From the NCBI GenBank assembly GCA_964588145.1, contig CAZPNL010000003.1, positions 1 through 47,586 of the forward strand: DNA of 47,586 nt. Reading direction: 5' to 3'. This document shows positions 18,124 to 27,952 of the stretch, in pieces. This DNA comes from an uncultured Gammaproteobacteria bacterium. GTDB lineage: Bacteria > Patescibacteriota > Microgenomatia > UBA10105 > UBA927. Positions within the stretch are counted from its first letter, which is position 1. Each line of letters starts with the position of its first letter. Position numbers and translations under genes: made by a program. Under the pieces are notes generated by a model. That model made no database searches. It was not told where the DNA came from and saw nothing but the letters and a program-made list of their open reading frames with translations.

Positions 18124-18918
18124 TTAAAAATCAGGAACGTAAATTACAATACGATTGCTATCAACGTATGAATCAGAAGGAATTGTTTGAACAGGCCCAT
18201 GCTTGTTAATAATAATATCTTGAAGCTCCTCGTAATCAATAAAGTTGGATTCATCTATCGCAATAACCATATGTTCAGAAGCTTTGTATTTTGAAGAAGA
18301 TTGTGACAAATATACATTTTGATAATTATTAGCCCTTAGAAATGTAGCTAGCTCTTGGGCGCTATGAGTATTTTTATTATAAATTATATGAATATATGAT
18401 GCTCTAAGAAAATAATTACTTTGCTTTACATAAATATGTCCGAAATATCCCAACAATACACCTAAAAACAATAAACTTATATACGAAATATATAGCTGAA
18501 ATTTTAAAAGTATTATATGTATCTTTGATATTATAAATAAAATATCATTCAAAATAGAGTCAATAAATATGACCAGTAAAATCATAAAAAATATATCAAA
18601 TCTATGAAAATATACAAAGCCTGCTAATAAAGTAAATATAATTATTCGTATAAAATTATAAGCATATAATATGTATTTGCGATTACTATAAAAATGAGCA
18701 ATCTGTAATTTGTTAATATCAACAGTGGTAACAATAATAGAATATATACATCCAAAAAAAATAACTAAAAATAGGTACATCTCGATACCATTAATGGTGC
18801 CAAGATTGCTCAAGGTTTCTTGTAAAAAAATTCGCAAAAGAAGATATAGCAATATACTATATTGAAATAGTTTAATAAAAAAATAATATAAAACTGATAA
18901 AATATAGGACATAATCAA
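18124..18918 (-). CDS. Hypothetical membrane protein with soluble C-terminal (possibly LytR_C-like) domain
   Basis: 264 aa, very AT-rich coding; domain call is weak. Confidence 0.5.
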   Translation of the reverse strand: MIMSYILSVLYYFFIKLFQYSILLYLLLRIFLQETLSNLGTINGIEMYLFLVIFFGCIYSIIVTTVDINKLQIAHFYSNRKYILYAYNFIRIIIFTLLAGFVYFHRFDIFFMILLVIFIDSILNDILFIISKIHIILLKFQLYISYISLLFLGVLLGYFGHIYVKQSNYFLRASYIHIIYNKNTHSAQELATFLRANNYQNVYLSQSSSKYKASEHMVIAIDESNFIDYEELQDIIINKHGPVQTIPSDSYVDSNRIVIYVPDF

Positions 18919-18931
18919 AATTACCTAATTA

Positions 18932-20833
18932 CTATTTCTTACAATAGCTAGAATGTATATCATCTACTTGAGCACTACTGAGTTTATATATTGCTAAATC
19001 AACTGCCATATTTTGGGACTCACGAGGTACATTATTGCAATAATCCATGGCTGTTTGTGTCAGAACGTGTCCCATTTCAGAAAATCCCTGAGTTTGGGTT
19101 AGCCGAAAAATTTCACATGTTTTAGCTAACCTTGGATAGAGTAAAGCAGTATAATTCACATACTCAGGATTAAATTTTAAAATATTTTTTGAAATCTCAC
19201 TTTTACGATTTGTAATAATATAATAATCTTCGTAATGACAAATATTTGATTTTGGTGTAGATAGGTTTTTACTATTGTACAAACTTCCACCTTGAGATAG
19301 TGATATATTTAACAAATTTTCTAAGGATTTTTGATCTAAGGCTATTGTTTGAAAATTATATAAAAAATACAAAGGCTCACCAATTTTTGCATCACCAATT
19401 GAATTGTAATCGATATAATATACTGATTTGTCATATGATAATTGTTTAGATAATAATTTAGTCTGCTCTATAGACCCAGAATACTCTTTAACTAACAAGG
19501 AAGGGTACGATAATGCAATATTAATGGTAATTATCAACAACAAAATAATATATTTTAAGCTTCCCCTCATATAACCTAAAGCTACTGCTGATAATAAACT
19601 CAACCATGGAAAAATTATATGGTAATACCGACGCAAAAACCAAGGCATATCAAAACTAATTGAAGGATTAAATATATATACAAAATGTGGCAGTATTATA
19701 AAAATAATCATTATAATCAATTTAAACTGATATTTATCACGTTTTATTATTGAAGCCAAACCAATACATGCAAGCAATATATATAGCAGTGCATTATACA
19801 AGTTGAGTATATATAAGCTCATTTGGGGTATATGATACTCAAGCGCATTAGGATCAATTTGTGCGCGACGCAATTGAGAGTAATTAGTAGTACTTAATAC
19901 ACCAGAGTGGACAATATTTGTATAAATGTTGGATATAAATGAACTTAGTTGACTAATCGTAGATGTGTTAAGAATAAATACATAATAATAAAATGGTATA
20001 AATAACACGAATACAATTATAAAGTCATAAATAATTTTGCGGAAATTATTTGATCGTAAAAAAATAAAAATAGTATAAAGCGATGCAAATATAATACCTT
20101 CTATACGAGTCAAAGATAACAAAAGTACAGAAATTACTCCAAACCACTTTATGTGAACTTTATTAGTTTTATAATACTCAACAAGGCATAATAATGAGTA
20201 AAACACTAAACACAATGCTAAATTTTCACTATATGTTTTTCTACTTACCCAGGTAAAGCAATAAGTAGTAGTAAATATAAGAATAGCAATAATGGATGTT
20301 CTTAGCCCAAAAAGTCGAATAGATAATCCATAAAATGAGAATAATCCAAAAATGAGCAATAGTGCTTGTGAAATCGGTACAACATAGTATCCAAATATAG
20401 AGATAAACCATGCTAGCCAAATTGTATAAGCTGGGTAAAAACCTTGCTGTATGCAATCGTTAGAAAGTATGTATCCTGGATACGATAAAATGTTTATATT
20501 AGAAAAACAATATGATCCATGTTTTGAGATTTCTATAGCAGAATTTGCATATACCCCATCATCCCTACCTCCCAAATACACTTCATGAAACTGTACTATT
20601 CCAAAAATTGCAATGGTAATTATATACATAGGCACAAACATATTTATATAATTAATAGATTTAATATTAATTGTAAAAATAACCTTGAATGTGTTTCCTA
20701 TACACATGAAGAATAATAATATCGACAATATACTATTAAATTTTCCCAAAAAGCTTATGACACAAAGAATTAACGCACTAAATAAATATGGAAATACAAT
20801 ATAAAGTAATTTTTGCGTATTTAGATATTGCAT
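18932..20833 (-). CDS. Polytopic membrane protein, GT-C/PMT-like glycosyltransferase candidate
   Basis: GGRDDGVY loop after the N-terminal TMs, TYSENLA and LTRIEG motifs. Confidence 0.65.
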   Translation of the reverse strand: MQYLNTQKLLYIVFPYLFSALILCVISFLGKFNSILSILLFFMCIGNTFKVIFTINIKSINYINMFVPMYIITIAIFGIVQFHEVYLGGRDDGVYANSAIEISKHGSYCFSNINILSYPGYILSNDCIQQGFYPAYTIWLAWFISIFGYYVVPISQALLLIFGLFSFYGLSIRLFGLRTSIIAILIFTTTYCFTWVSRKTYSENLALCLVFYSLLCLVEYYKTNKVHIKWFGVISVLLLSLTRIEGIIFASLYTIFIFLRSNNFRKIIYDFIIVFVLFIPFYYYVFILNTSTISQLSSFISNIYTNIVHSGVLSTTNYSQLRRAQIDPNALEYHIPQMSLYILNLYNALLYILLACIGLASIIKRDKYQFKLIIMIIFIILPHFVYIFNPSISFDMPWFLRRYYHIIFPWLSLLSAVALGYMRGSLKYIILLLIITINIALSYPSLLVKEYSGSIEQTKLLSKQLSYDKSVYYIDYNSIGDAKIGEPLYFLYNFQTIALDQKSLENLLNISLSQGGSLYNSKNLSTPKSNICHYEDYYIITNRKSEISKNILKFNPEYVNYTALLYPRLAKTCEIFRLTQTQGFSEMGHVLTQTAMDYCNNVPRESQNMAVDLAIYKLSSAQVDDIHSSYCKK

Positions 20834-20834
20834 A

Positions 20835-21911
20835 TCAATAAGATTTACTTAAAATCTGAAGATAGCTTTCTATAAATTGATTTTTATCAAATTTTTCAGA
20901 CTGAAAATAATTATCAATAATATTTACTTCTGGTTTACGTAAAATCACAGACTCGATGGCATTATATATATCATTATTATCAAATGGATCTATCATAACT
21001 CCTGCGCTTCCTAAAACCTCAACTATAGAAGAGGTACGAGAAGAAATTACTCTACAGCCATATTGAAGTGCCTCTAAAACGGGAAATCCAAATCCTTCAT
21101 AAATCGAAGGATATATAAAAGCTATTGAATGTAGGTAAAGATTTACTTTAATATGATCTGGAACATAACCTAAATATTCAATATTATTATACAAATTATT
21201 CGCATCAATATAATCAAATATCTCACTATATTTCCAGCCCTTTTTACCCACTAGTACTAGTTTATAGCCAGGATACTTTTGAATTATTTTATGGAAAGCC
21301 TGTAACAATCGAAGAATGTTCTTTCTGGGTTCTATAGTACCGACATATAAAAAATATGGTACTTTTATATATGGAACATCTTGATCATCTATACTTAGCC
21401 TGTCTAAAGAGGGATATATAACACTAATTTTTGAACTAGATATATGAAAATGCTTTATAAGATCATTTTTTGTACTTAAAGATGGAACAACGATTTTAAA
21501 GCAATGATCTAAGCTGAATTTCATGAGAATTTTATAAATTAATACCCGAGTAAAGGGATGAGTATTTGGATAAATAATCCAACTAAGGTCATAAATCACC
21601 ATAATTTCTTTCTGCTTAAAAGGCCAAATATGTGGAGTGCCATCTGTATTTATAATGTAGTCAAAATCCATATGTCGTATACGAAAAGGCAAAGTAAGAC
21701 ACCATGAAATATTTTTAAAAATAGGCATAAAAGATGGCAAAAGCACAAGATTATCCTTATTGAAATCATTTTTAAGATAATCTAAGAATGAAAATTGCCA
21801 ACCCAACTTTGATGACTTATGTAACAAGCCAGAGCATAGCGTTTTCGTATACACGCCTATTCCCGTTAAATTGTCACGAACGCTATCTGTTGTAACAGCA
21901 ATATTTCTCAT
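20835..21911 (-). CDS. Glycosyltransferase family 4
   Basis: YVGTIEPRKN, YPSIYEGFGFPVLEAL. Confidence 0.92.
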   Translation of the reverse strand: MRNIAVTTDSVRDNLTGIGVYTKTLCSGLLHKSSKLGWQFSFLDYLKNDFNKDNLVLLPSFMPIFKNISWCLTLPFRIRHMDFDYIINTDGTPHIWPFKQKEIMVIYDLSWIIYPNTHPFTRVLIYKILMKFSLDHCFKIVVPSLSTKNDLIKHFHISSSKISVIYPSLDRLSIDDQDVPYIKVPYFLYVGTIEPRKNILRLLQAFHKIIQKYPGYKLVLVGKKGWKYSEIFDYIDANNLYNNIEYLGYVPDHIKVNLYLHSIAFIYPSIYEGFGFPVLEALQYGCRVISSRTSSIVEVLGSAGVMIDPFDNNDIYNAIESVILRKPEVNIIDNYFQSEKFDKNQFIESYLQILSKSY

Positions 21912-22858
21912 AAATTTTTGTATAATGATATATAGGGATCTATTGAGGTCTTACTCATTTGAGTGCTTGAAATTTTACGAAAAGAACATTTTCTAATAGA
22001 TTGAATTAATTGCTCAATATTATTATCTTGAGATAAATACGCGTTTTTATAGCCATGCAATGTTTCACCTATAGCACTATTGTTAAAAGTAAATATTGCT
22101 AATCCAAACTTCATTGCATCTCGAAGCTGATAACCATACCCCTCAAACATTGATGGACACAACATACCATCTGACTTCTTATATAATTCTAAAAGTTCAT
22201 CTCGAGTAGATACGACCACTGGGATCATATTTTTAGGAAGCCCATAATATAAATGACGTTTAGCAGTAAAATACAGCACATATCTTTCACCCAGAGATTT
22301 CATTATTGACGAAAGCAAATGAAAACCCTTTCGGTGACTATTTGATCCTACAAACAATAATCTGACACTAGAAGATTTGATACTATTTTCCTTGTATTTA
22401 ATAGGTGAAAGTGGTTCATCTATTGGCTGTATATAAATCGTCTTTTTATTAGGAAAAGAATTTATGAATGACTTTTTTGTGTACTGACTAATTGCAATAA
22501 TTTTCGAAGATATTAGTAGTGATTTTCGAATTTGACTACGTAAAAAATTACTATAGTAAAACTTTTGTAGTACTGTACACCTATGAAAGTAGGTCAGATC
22601 AAATACATTGTGAAATATACTTGAAATAATCTTATTTGTAGTATAAGCAAAAATCCATGCATATTCTATATTTGTATGTACAACATCTGCAGCACGGCCA
22701 TAGCCTGCAATGCGAAGAACATAGGGTACATATTGAAAGACATGATGATGCTTATGAAGCGTTACATTCATGTTTCGATTCTTTAGTGTGTTAAATAAAT
22801 TGATAAAATACACATCGCTACCTGTGCCACAATGAATATAATGTATTTCTATTTTCAT
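21908..22858 (-). CDS. Glycosyltransferase family 4
   Basis: FVGSNSHRKGF, PSMFEGYGYQLRDAM. Confidence 0.85.
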   Translation of the reverse strand: MKIEIHYIHCGTGSDVYFINLFNTLKNRNMNVTLHKHHHVFQYVPYVLRIAGYGRAADVVHTNIEYAWIFAYTTNKIISSIFHNVFDLTYFHRCTVLQKFYYSNFLRSQIRKSLLISSKIIAISQYTKKSFINSFPNKKTIYIQPIDEPLSPIKYKENSIKSSSVRLLFVGSNSHRKGFHLLSSIMKSLGERYVLYFTAKRHLYYGLPKNMIPVVVSTRDELLELYKKSDGMLCPSMFEGYGYQLRDAMKFGLAIFTFNNSAIGETLHGYKNAYLSQDNNIEQLIQSIRKCSFRKISSTQMSKTSIDPYISLYKNL

Positions 22859-24048
22859 ATTTTCTTATAAATCTCTTTATATAATTTTGAGGTTACATTG
22901 AGCGAATATTTTTTGATAAAAACTTTTCTTGTATAGATCTTCTTATGTTGAGGACTTTTTAAGCTTTTGATTATTGCTCTTGCAAGCTGCTGGCTATCTC
23001 CTGGTTTAACAAGCTTTCCAATTCTATTGTTCGAAATTATTGAAGGGATACCACCTGACCGAGACCCTATCAAATTGCAGCCACATAATCCAGCCTCTAT
23101 GAGAGACAAACCGAGTCCTTCACAATCTCCATTTCTCGCAACTATTGAGGGATAGATAAAAAGTTTTGAATTAGAATAATAATTAACCAATTGATTATTA
23201 GGCACACCACCAATAAATGAAATATTCCTCTTTAAATAAAGCTTTGCAATTAATTGTAAAAGATTTTCGTATTCATCTCCCTTACCGATAATGGTAAGCT
23301 TAACCATTGGATAAGTTTTAACAACTTTTGATAATGCCTCTATTAATACAAATAGGCCCTTCTTCTCGACAAGTCTTCCAACATACAGAATATCACTCTT
23401 GTACTTAGTGCAATCTCCAGCATGACATATTTTCTTAAAATGCAGATCGTCTACTCCAATTGGAATAACATCAATTTTTACCTTTGAACCTATGACATTA
23501 AGTACATAATTTTTTAACTGGGGACTAACAGCATTTACTTGACTTGCTTGGTCTAAAATATATTTTTTCAAGTGCATAATTGGAAAATAATTCAAAGTAT
23601 ATACATCAGCACCATGTAAAGTTAAAACATAATGCATGTTGCACATTTTTTTTAACACTAAAGCCACAATCCCTTGTGGTAAAAGCCAGTGGGCGTGTAT
23701 AAACGAAATATTATAAGAACTACAAATATATAAGGCAAAAACTATTTGAGATAATATAAAACCAGGCACCAACAAGGCTCGAAGTACATTATTCTGAATA
23801 GATGAAAGAATTCCGGAAATACCACAGAGAACTTCTAAATTATATGGAATAGCATATATAAATCGAAATATACTCACTTGTTCAGATAATTTTTCATAAA
23901 TACGTGCTTTTTTAAAATGAGGTCCCAAAAGAATAACTTTATAATCATCAGATACTTTGTGTGCTAAATTGACAATAAAATTAGGTAAAGTATCATGTTG
24001 CCATCTTGGCAAAGTCGATGTAAGCATAAGGACAGTAGGTTGCAGCAT
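22855..24048 (-). CDS. Glycosyltransferase family 4
   Basis: HAHWLLPQG, YVGRLVEKKG, EGLGLSLIEA. Confidence 0.92.
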   Translation of the reverse strand: MLQPTVLMLTSTLPRWQHDTLPNFIVNLAHKVSDDYKVILLGPHFKKARIYEKLSEQVSIFRFIYAIPYNLEVLCGISGILSSIQNNVLRALLVPGFILSQIVFALYICSSYNISFIHAHWLLPQGIVALVLKKMCNMHYVLTLHGADVYTLNYFPIMHLKKYILDQASQVNAVSPQLKNYVLNVIGSKVKIDVIPIGVDDLHFKKICHAGDCTKYKSDILYVGRLVEKKGLFVLIEALSKVVKTYPMVKLTIIGKGDEYENLLQLIAKLYLKRNISFIGGVPNNQLVNYYSNSKLFIYPSIVARNGDCEGLGLSLIEAGLCGCNLIGSRSGGIPSIISNNRIGKLVKPGDSQQLARAIIKSLKSPQHKKIYTRKVFIKKYSLNVTSKLYKEIYKKI

Positions 24049-24060
24049 ATGTGTAATAGT

Positions 24061-25095
24061 TTATGTATTAGATATATGAGGTATATAGTGTTTTCTAAGA
24101 AATTGCTGAGAACTTTTTATGTCTGCTTTTTTAAACGATTTACGCAAAATTGGCCTATAAAAAATTTGCTTTTGAAAATACAACACCTGCTCAATAAGCT
24201 TTCGATTTGCAGCTATCAAGTCTGACACAAGACCAAGCACCATAACCTGAAATCCCGCAAGAAAAAGTACAGCCCCTATGACAAGCGATTGTATGTGTCC
24301 TGACCCATCACCAACAGATAGATAGATGAGGAATCTCATAAACAGCAATAAGCCAAATCCTAATAGTATCGAGCCCAGATAAAAAAATGTTTTTAACGGC
24401 TCATACATAGCAAACACACGTACCATAGTAGAGCCACTCATTCGTATATGCTGAAAAATGTTCTTAAAAAGTCGAGATTCGCGAGTCTTGGCATTGGTCG
24501 TTACCGGCACAGAAACTATTTTTAGCCTTTTTTTTCCAGCTTGTATGATGCTTTCAGTACAGTAAGAATATTCGGTAGTTATATTAAGTTGAAGTGCTGC
24601 CTCTCGAGAATATGCACGAAAACCTGAAACTGCATCAGGAAGTTCTATTCCAGATAGTTTAGCAACTGCCGCAGAGCCAACTTTTTGTAATAGCTTTTTT
24701 AATGGAGAAAAATGCGCTATGGTATCAGTTTGTCTATTTGCTACTACTATATCCGCGTGATTGTTTAAGATAGGTTCAATAAGTCTCCCTATGTCAGCTT
24801 GTGGATATTGATTGTCACCGTCAGTATTGACGATAATATCAGCGCCATGCTCTAGTGCTGCCTGGATGCCATCTGAAAAGGATTTTGCAAGTCCACGAGT
24901 TTTAAGATGTTTAATCACTTGTATAGCGCCATATTTGAGAGCGATATCAGCTGTCTGATCACTGGAGCCATCATCAATGATAATCGTTTCAATATTGCTA
25001 ACACCTTTTATAGATCTAGGAATATTACTGAGCACCAAAGGTAGCGTGGCCGACTCATTAAGACATGGGATAATAATTATAAGCTTTCTAGTCAT
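24061..25095 (-). CDS. Glycosyltransferase family 2 (DPM-synthase-like) with C-terminal TMs
   Basis: IPCLNE, IDDGSSD, NTDGDNQY, SGFRAY; start trimmed to MTRKLIII. Confidence 0.92.
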   Translation of the reverse strand: MTRKLIIIIPCLNESATLPLVLSNIPRSIKGVSNIETIIIDDGSSDQTADIALKYGAIQVIKHLKTRGLAKSFSDGIQAALEHGADIIVNTDGDNQYPQADIGRLIEPILNNHADIVVANRQTDTIAHFSPLKKLLQKVGSAAVAKLSGIELPDAVSGFRAYSREAALQLNITTEYSYCTESIIQAGKKRLKIVSVPVTTNAKTRESRLFKNIFQHIRMSGSTMVRVFAMYEPLKTFFYLGSILLGFGLLLFMRFLIYLSVGDGSGHIQSLVIGAVLFLAGFQVMVLGLVSDLIAANRKLIEQVLYFQKQIFYRPILRKSFKKADIKSSQQFLRKHYIPHISNT

Positions 25096-25224
25096 ATGAA
25101 AAAGTATATAGTAGTATACTACTATAAGACATATACAGCAAGTATAGAGCATATGGACTTGCTTTTATACATAAAAGTGCTATCATCTGAGTTGCCCTGT
25201 AGTATATTTAATTAATATAAAATT

Positions 25225-25842
25225 ATGAAAAATTCTCTAAAAGTAGCCCTTGTAAGTACAATCCTTTTATCTTTGCCTTGTTCTTCTGTGTTGGCAGGGT
25301 ATGGATCAGCACCATCTCCCGCACGTGCCCCAGTGTGTGGTCAATCCAAACCAGAAACCCCCGAATTTACATTTGTAAAAAATAGTGGCGCAGATCAGAT
25401 TGAGTTGGGATGGAACCATGTAGACAGAGCCACATCCTGGACCATCGCCTATGGTCGTCAAAAAGGGAAATATGTGTATGGTATGAGTGATTTTGGAGAT
25501 TCCAGTAGCAAATCAGTGACTATCGGTATGCTTCCTGCAGGAAGCTACTACATAGTGCTACGAGCAAATCATGATTGTATGCCAGGTGCATTTTCCACGG
25601 AGAGACAAATAGTAGTTTCAGGTGGAGGTGTCGTCCAAACAGTGTATGCAAATGAAGATAATTATGTGCCTGAAGTAGTTTATGTACCATCAGGCACCCC
25701 TGCGCCTACGCAAAGCATCACCCCTACACCAAAGGTGACTGTATATCCACAACCCTCGCCAACTGTTATGGAAGTGCAGCCTAAAAGATCATGGCTCAGT
25801 AATTTTTTCCATAACCTGGTAGATTTCATCTTTGGTAAATAA
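25225..25842 (+). CDS. Exported protein with fibronectin-III-like domain and Pro/Thr-rich tail
   Basis: Signal peptide; IELGW...WTIAYG...VTIGMLPAGSYYIVLRA; PTP repeats. Confidence 0.65.
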   Translation: MKNSLKVALVSTILLSLPCSSVLAGYGSAPSPARAPVCGQSKPETPEFTFVKNSGADQIELGWNHVDRATSWTIAYGRQKGKYVYGMSDFGDSSSKSVTIGMLPAGSYYIVLRANHDCMPGAFSTERQIVVSGGGVVQTVYANEDNYVPEVVYVPSGTPAPTQSITPTPKVTVYPQPSPTVMEVQPKRSWLSNFFHNLVDFIFGK

Positions 25843-25855
25843 AACCGGGATAAAT

Positions 25856-27397
25856 TTAAGGCTTACAAGAAAAAACTTCCATGCGTGGCTCATCTCTGAG
25901 GAATGCGGATCGCATGCTCTCATCAAATCCTTCATATTTATACGCAGGATAGCGGACCATAGGATGCTTATATGAGTACAAAACATTTTTATTGCACTTC
26001 ATTAATCTTTGTCCGTAGTATGGGTATAGATACTCAATGTTTTGTGCATATACAACGTTTTGCCCAAGTGTAAGCATCATAGATTGATCATCAATAGATT
26101 CTTTTATCGTATGTACATATGTTGGTCGAAGCAGATTGCTTTTTTGTTGCATCGCAGCTACAGATTCTGGATATATTGTATAAAAAAGTTGCATATAACT
26201 TTTGAAAAAAGAAAAACTGGCAACAACGATAAATAATAGGGTCAATATAATATTTTTATGCTTGATTTTTCGCAGTGCTGTTTCAAATCCAATCAGTGAG
26301 AATAGGAAAAGTATAAGAAGCAATGGACGCAGTGTGCGGCCGTAAAGTACAGTTATATGGAGCAAATGACTTACGATCTCCAACACAATAAAACTAATAA
26401 ATAGATAAATAAAAAGAAAGTTGTTTTGTCCTCGCCTCCAGTAACAAAAGTGTAAAATGCACCCAACTAAAAGAAATGCGAGAAATACAACACCATCTGT
26501 ATGCATGACGAAATCAGTTAAAAACTGTCCCAGAAATACAAAATTTCCTTGGGTGACTGTTTCTGAAAGGCGAGACTGTGTAACCAGATATGACTCAGCG
26601 CCAACAAGTCTACTAGTCAGCTCAAAAAATAAGAGAGGCACCAGAAATCCTACTACAAACGTCAATGTGAAGGAAGATATGCTTTTAAGAAATTTTTTGA
26701 AAGGAAATTTATATATATCTACTAACACCACTATAAAAAATGTCAGTCCCAATGCAGCAATATAGTAACTATGTCCTGGGTAGACTGCTTGTGATAAGCC
26801 CGAGTATAAACCAGCAAGCAGGACATTTTTTTTATTGGTTGCTACAATAACTGCAAGCATCAGAAATATCAAGCTACTATCATATGGCAACATGTGTCGG
26901 ACATATGAAAGCGACAATGAACATAAACTTATGACAAATATTGCGCTTAAAGCAAATGCTTGTGATGCTTGGGATCTTAAAAACCTATAGATGACCAATA
27001 GGAGTAATATATTTATGCCGTAATTCCATATATTACCAAAAAATGCTTGCGGTACAAAGTCAGCTTGATAGGGCGGAATCAGTTGAGTAATTTGCCCAGT
27101 ATTATGATCTAAAAAAGCTGGTACTGCGTGGGTTATGCCAAAACCAGGCCGAGCAGCCAGAGTAAAAATTGATTGTAAATAAGGGAGAATGGAATTCTGA
27201 GACAACGATTTTTCGGCGGCAAGCGATAAGTAGTGATATCTGATTTCATCTGGAAAAAAATAGACAGAGTCAGTACGAAAAAGCAAAATTCTACTTAAAA
27301 TAATAAGCAAAAATACTACTATTGTGGGTGTCTGATGTTTAACTATAACTGAGCGTAGAAAATGCAACTTCCACATGCATAAAGTATACCATCTCAA
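25856..27397 (-). CDS. Polytopic membrane protein, GT-C-like candidate
   Basis: FFPDEIRY loop after TM1; multiple TMs; true start may be slightly downstream. Confidence 0.6.
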   Translation of the reverse strand: MRWYTLCMWKLHFLRSVIVKHQTPTIVVFLLIILSRILLFRTDSVYFFPDEIRYHYLSLAAEKSLSQNSILPYLQSIFTLAARPGFGITHAVPAFLDHNTGQITQLIPPYQADFVPQAFFGNIWNYGINILLLLVIYRFLRSQASQAFALSAIFVISLCSLSLSYVRHMLPYDSSLIFLMLAVIVATNKKNVLLAGLYSGLSQAVYPGHSYYIAALGLTFFIVVLVDIYKFPFKKFLKSISSFTLTFVVGFLVPLLFFELTSRLVGAESYLVTQSRLSETVTQGNFVFLGQFLTDFVMHTDGVVFLAFLLVGCILHFCYWRRGQNNFLFIYLFISFIVLEIVSHLLHITVLYGRTLRPLLLILFLFSLIGFETALRKIKHKNIILTLLFIVVASFSFFKSYMQLFYTIYPESVAAMQQKSNLLRPTYVHTIKESIDDQSMMLTLGQNVVYAQNIEYLYPYYGQRLMKCNKNVLYSYKHPMVRYPAYKYEGFDESMRSAFLRDEPRMEVFSCKP

Positions 27398-27411
27398 TCT
27401 CTCATCAAATT

Positions 27412-27420
27412 TGATATAAT
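27412..27420 (+). promoter_or_regulatory. Extended -10 promoter (TGnTATAAT) for tRNA-Val/Phe cluster
   Basis: TGATATAAT upstream of the tRNA-Val relic and gene. Confidence 0.5.
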
Positions 27421-27439
27421 ATCACTCTGTAGGAATAAA

Positions 27440-27492
27440 GACGATTAGCTCAGATGTTTACCCCGAAAGCGTAAGCTTTTTGGGGGTAGAGC
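27440..27492 (+). pseudogene. 5'-half copy of tRNA-Val with 29-nt hairpin in D-loop
   Basis: GACGATTAGCTCAGATG + TTTACCCCGAAAGCGTAAGCTTTTTGGGG + GTAGAGC. Confidence 0.8.
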
Positions 27493-27519
27493 AAAAAAAT
27501 TAACATACAAGCATGATAA

Positions 27520-27592
27520 GGACGATTAGCTCAGCTGGTAGAGCGCTTCATTTACACTGAAGATGTCGGGGGTTCGAGTCCCTCATCGTCCA
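27520..27592 (+). tRNA. tRNA-Val(TAC)
   Basis: GGACGAT/ATCGTCC acceptor, CTTCA-TTTACAC-TGAAG. Confidence 0.93.
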
Positions 27593-27660
27593 CAAAATAA
27601 GCCTAAAGTCTTAAGACGAAAGTCGATAGACCTGTGTTAAAATATAAAGTGTTCTAACTG

Positions 27661-27733
27661 GCCGAGCTGGCCGAGATAGTCAAGGCGCATGTCTGAAAAA
27701 CATGTTATCTGGGTGCAAATCCTAGGCTCGGCA
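27661..27733 (+). tRNA. tRNA-Phe(GAA)
   Basis: GCCGAGC/GCTCGGC acceptor, CATGT-CTGAAAA-ACATG; T-loop variant TGCAAAT. Confidence 0.88.
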
Positions 27734-27825
27734 CTCAAAAATTTCGTTTTATAGAGAAATTTTTAAGTGTAAACACCAAAGTAAAGCTTCTAGTTGTAGC
27801 TGTTTGAAAGATTTATACGCATATA

Positions 27826-27949
27826 TAGACGTTCTGGTGGTACCTTTAGTGGTGCAGGATGATGTTTCGTCATCCCGGTGCAGATGTGTGCCGTTATAGT
27901 CAGAGTAATTGATAAATTTTTACAAAATTCATCAATTGCAGAACGTCTA
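27826..27949 (+). ncRNA. Retron ncRNA (msr-msd) candidate
   Basis: Perfect 11-bp inverted repeats TAGACGTTCTG (27826-36) / CAGAACGTCTA (27939-49); G at 27837 right after the stem; three short stem-loops (27840-55, 27857-75, 27876-93); long AT-rich hairpin 27905-27939. Confidence 0.85.
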
Positions 27950-27952
27950 CAC

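Noticed and set aside
27905-27939. Retron msDNA as the source of the hairpins inserted in tRNA relics
   Set aside because: The msd hairpin is AT-rich and shares no sequence with the CCCCGC/CCCGT-stem inserts; there is no evidence of a link beyond co-occurrence.
27878-27952. ORF-track N-terminal extension of the RT (GTG start)
   Set aside because: It overlaps the structured msr-msd region; ATG 27953/27959 fits the retron layout.
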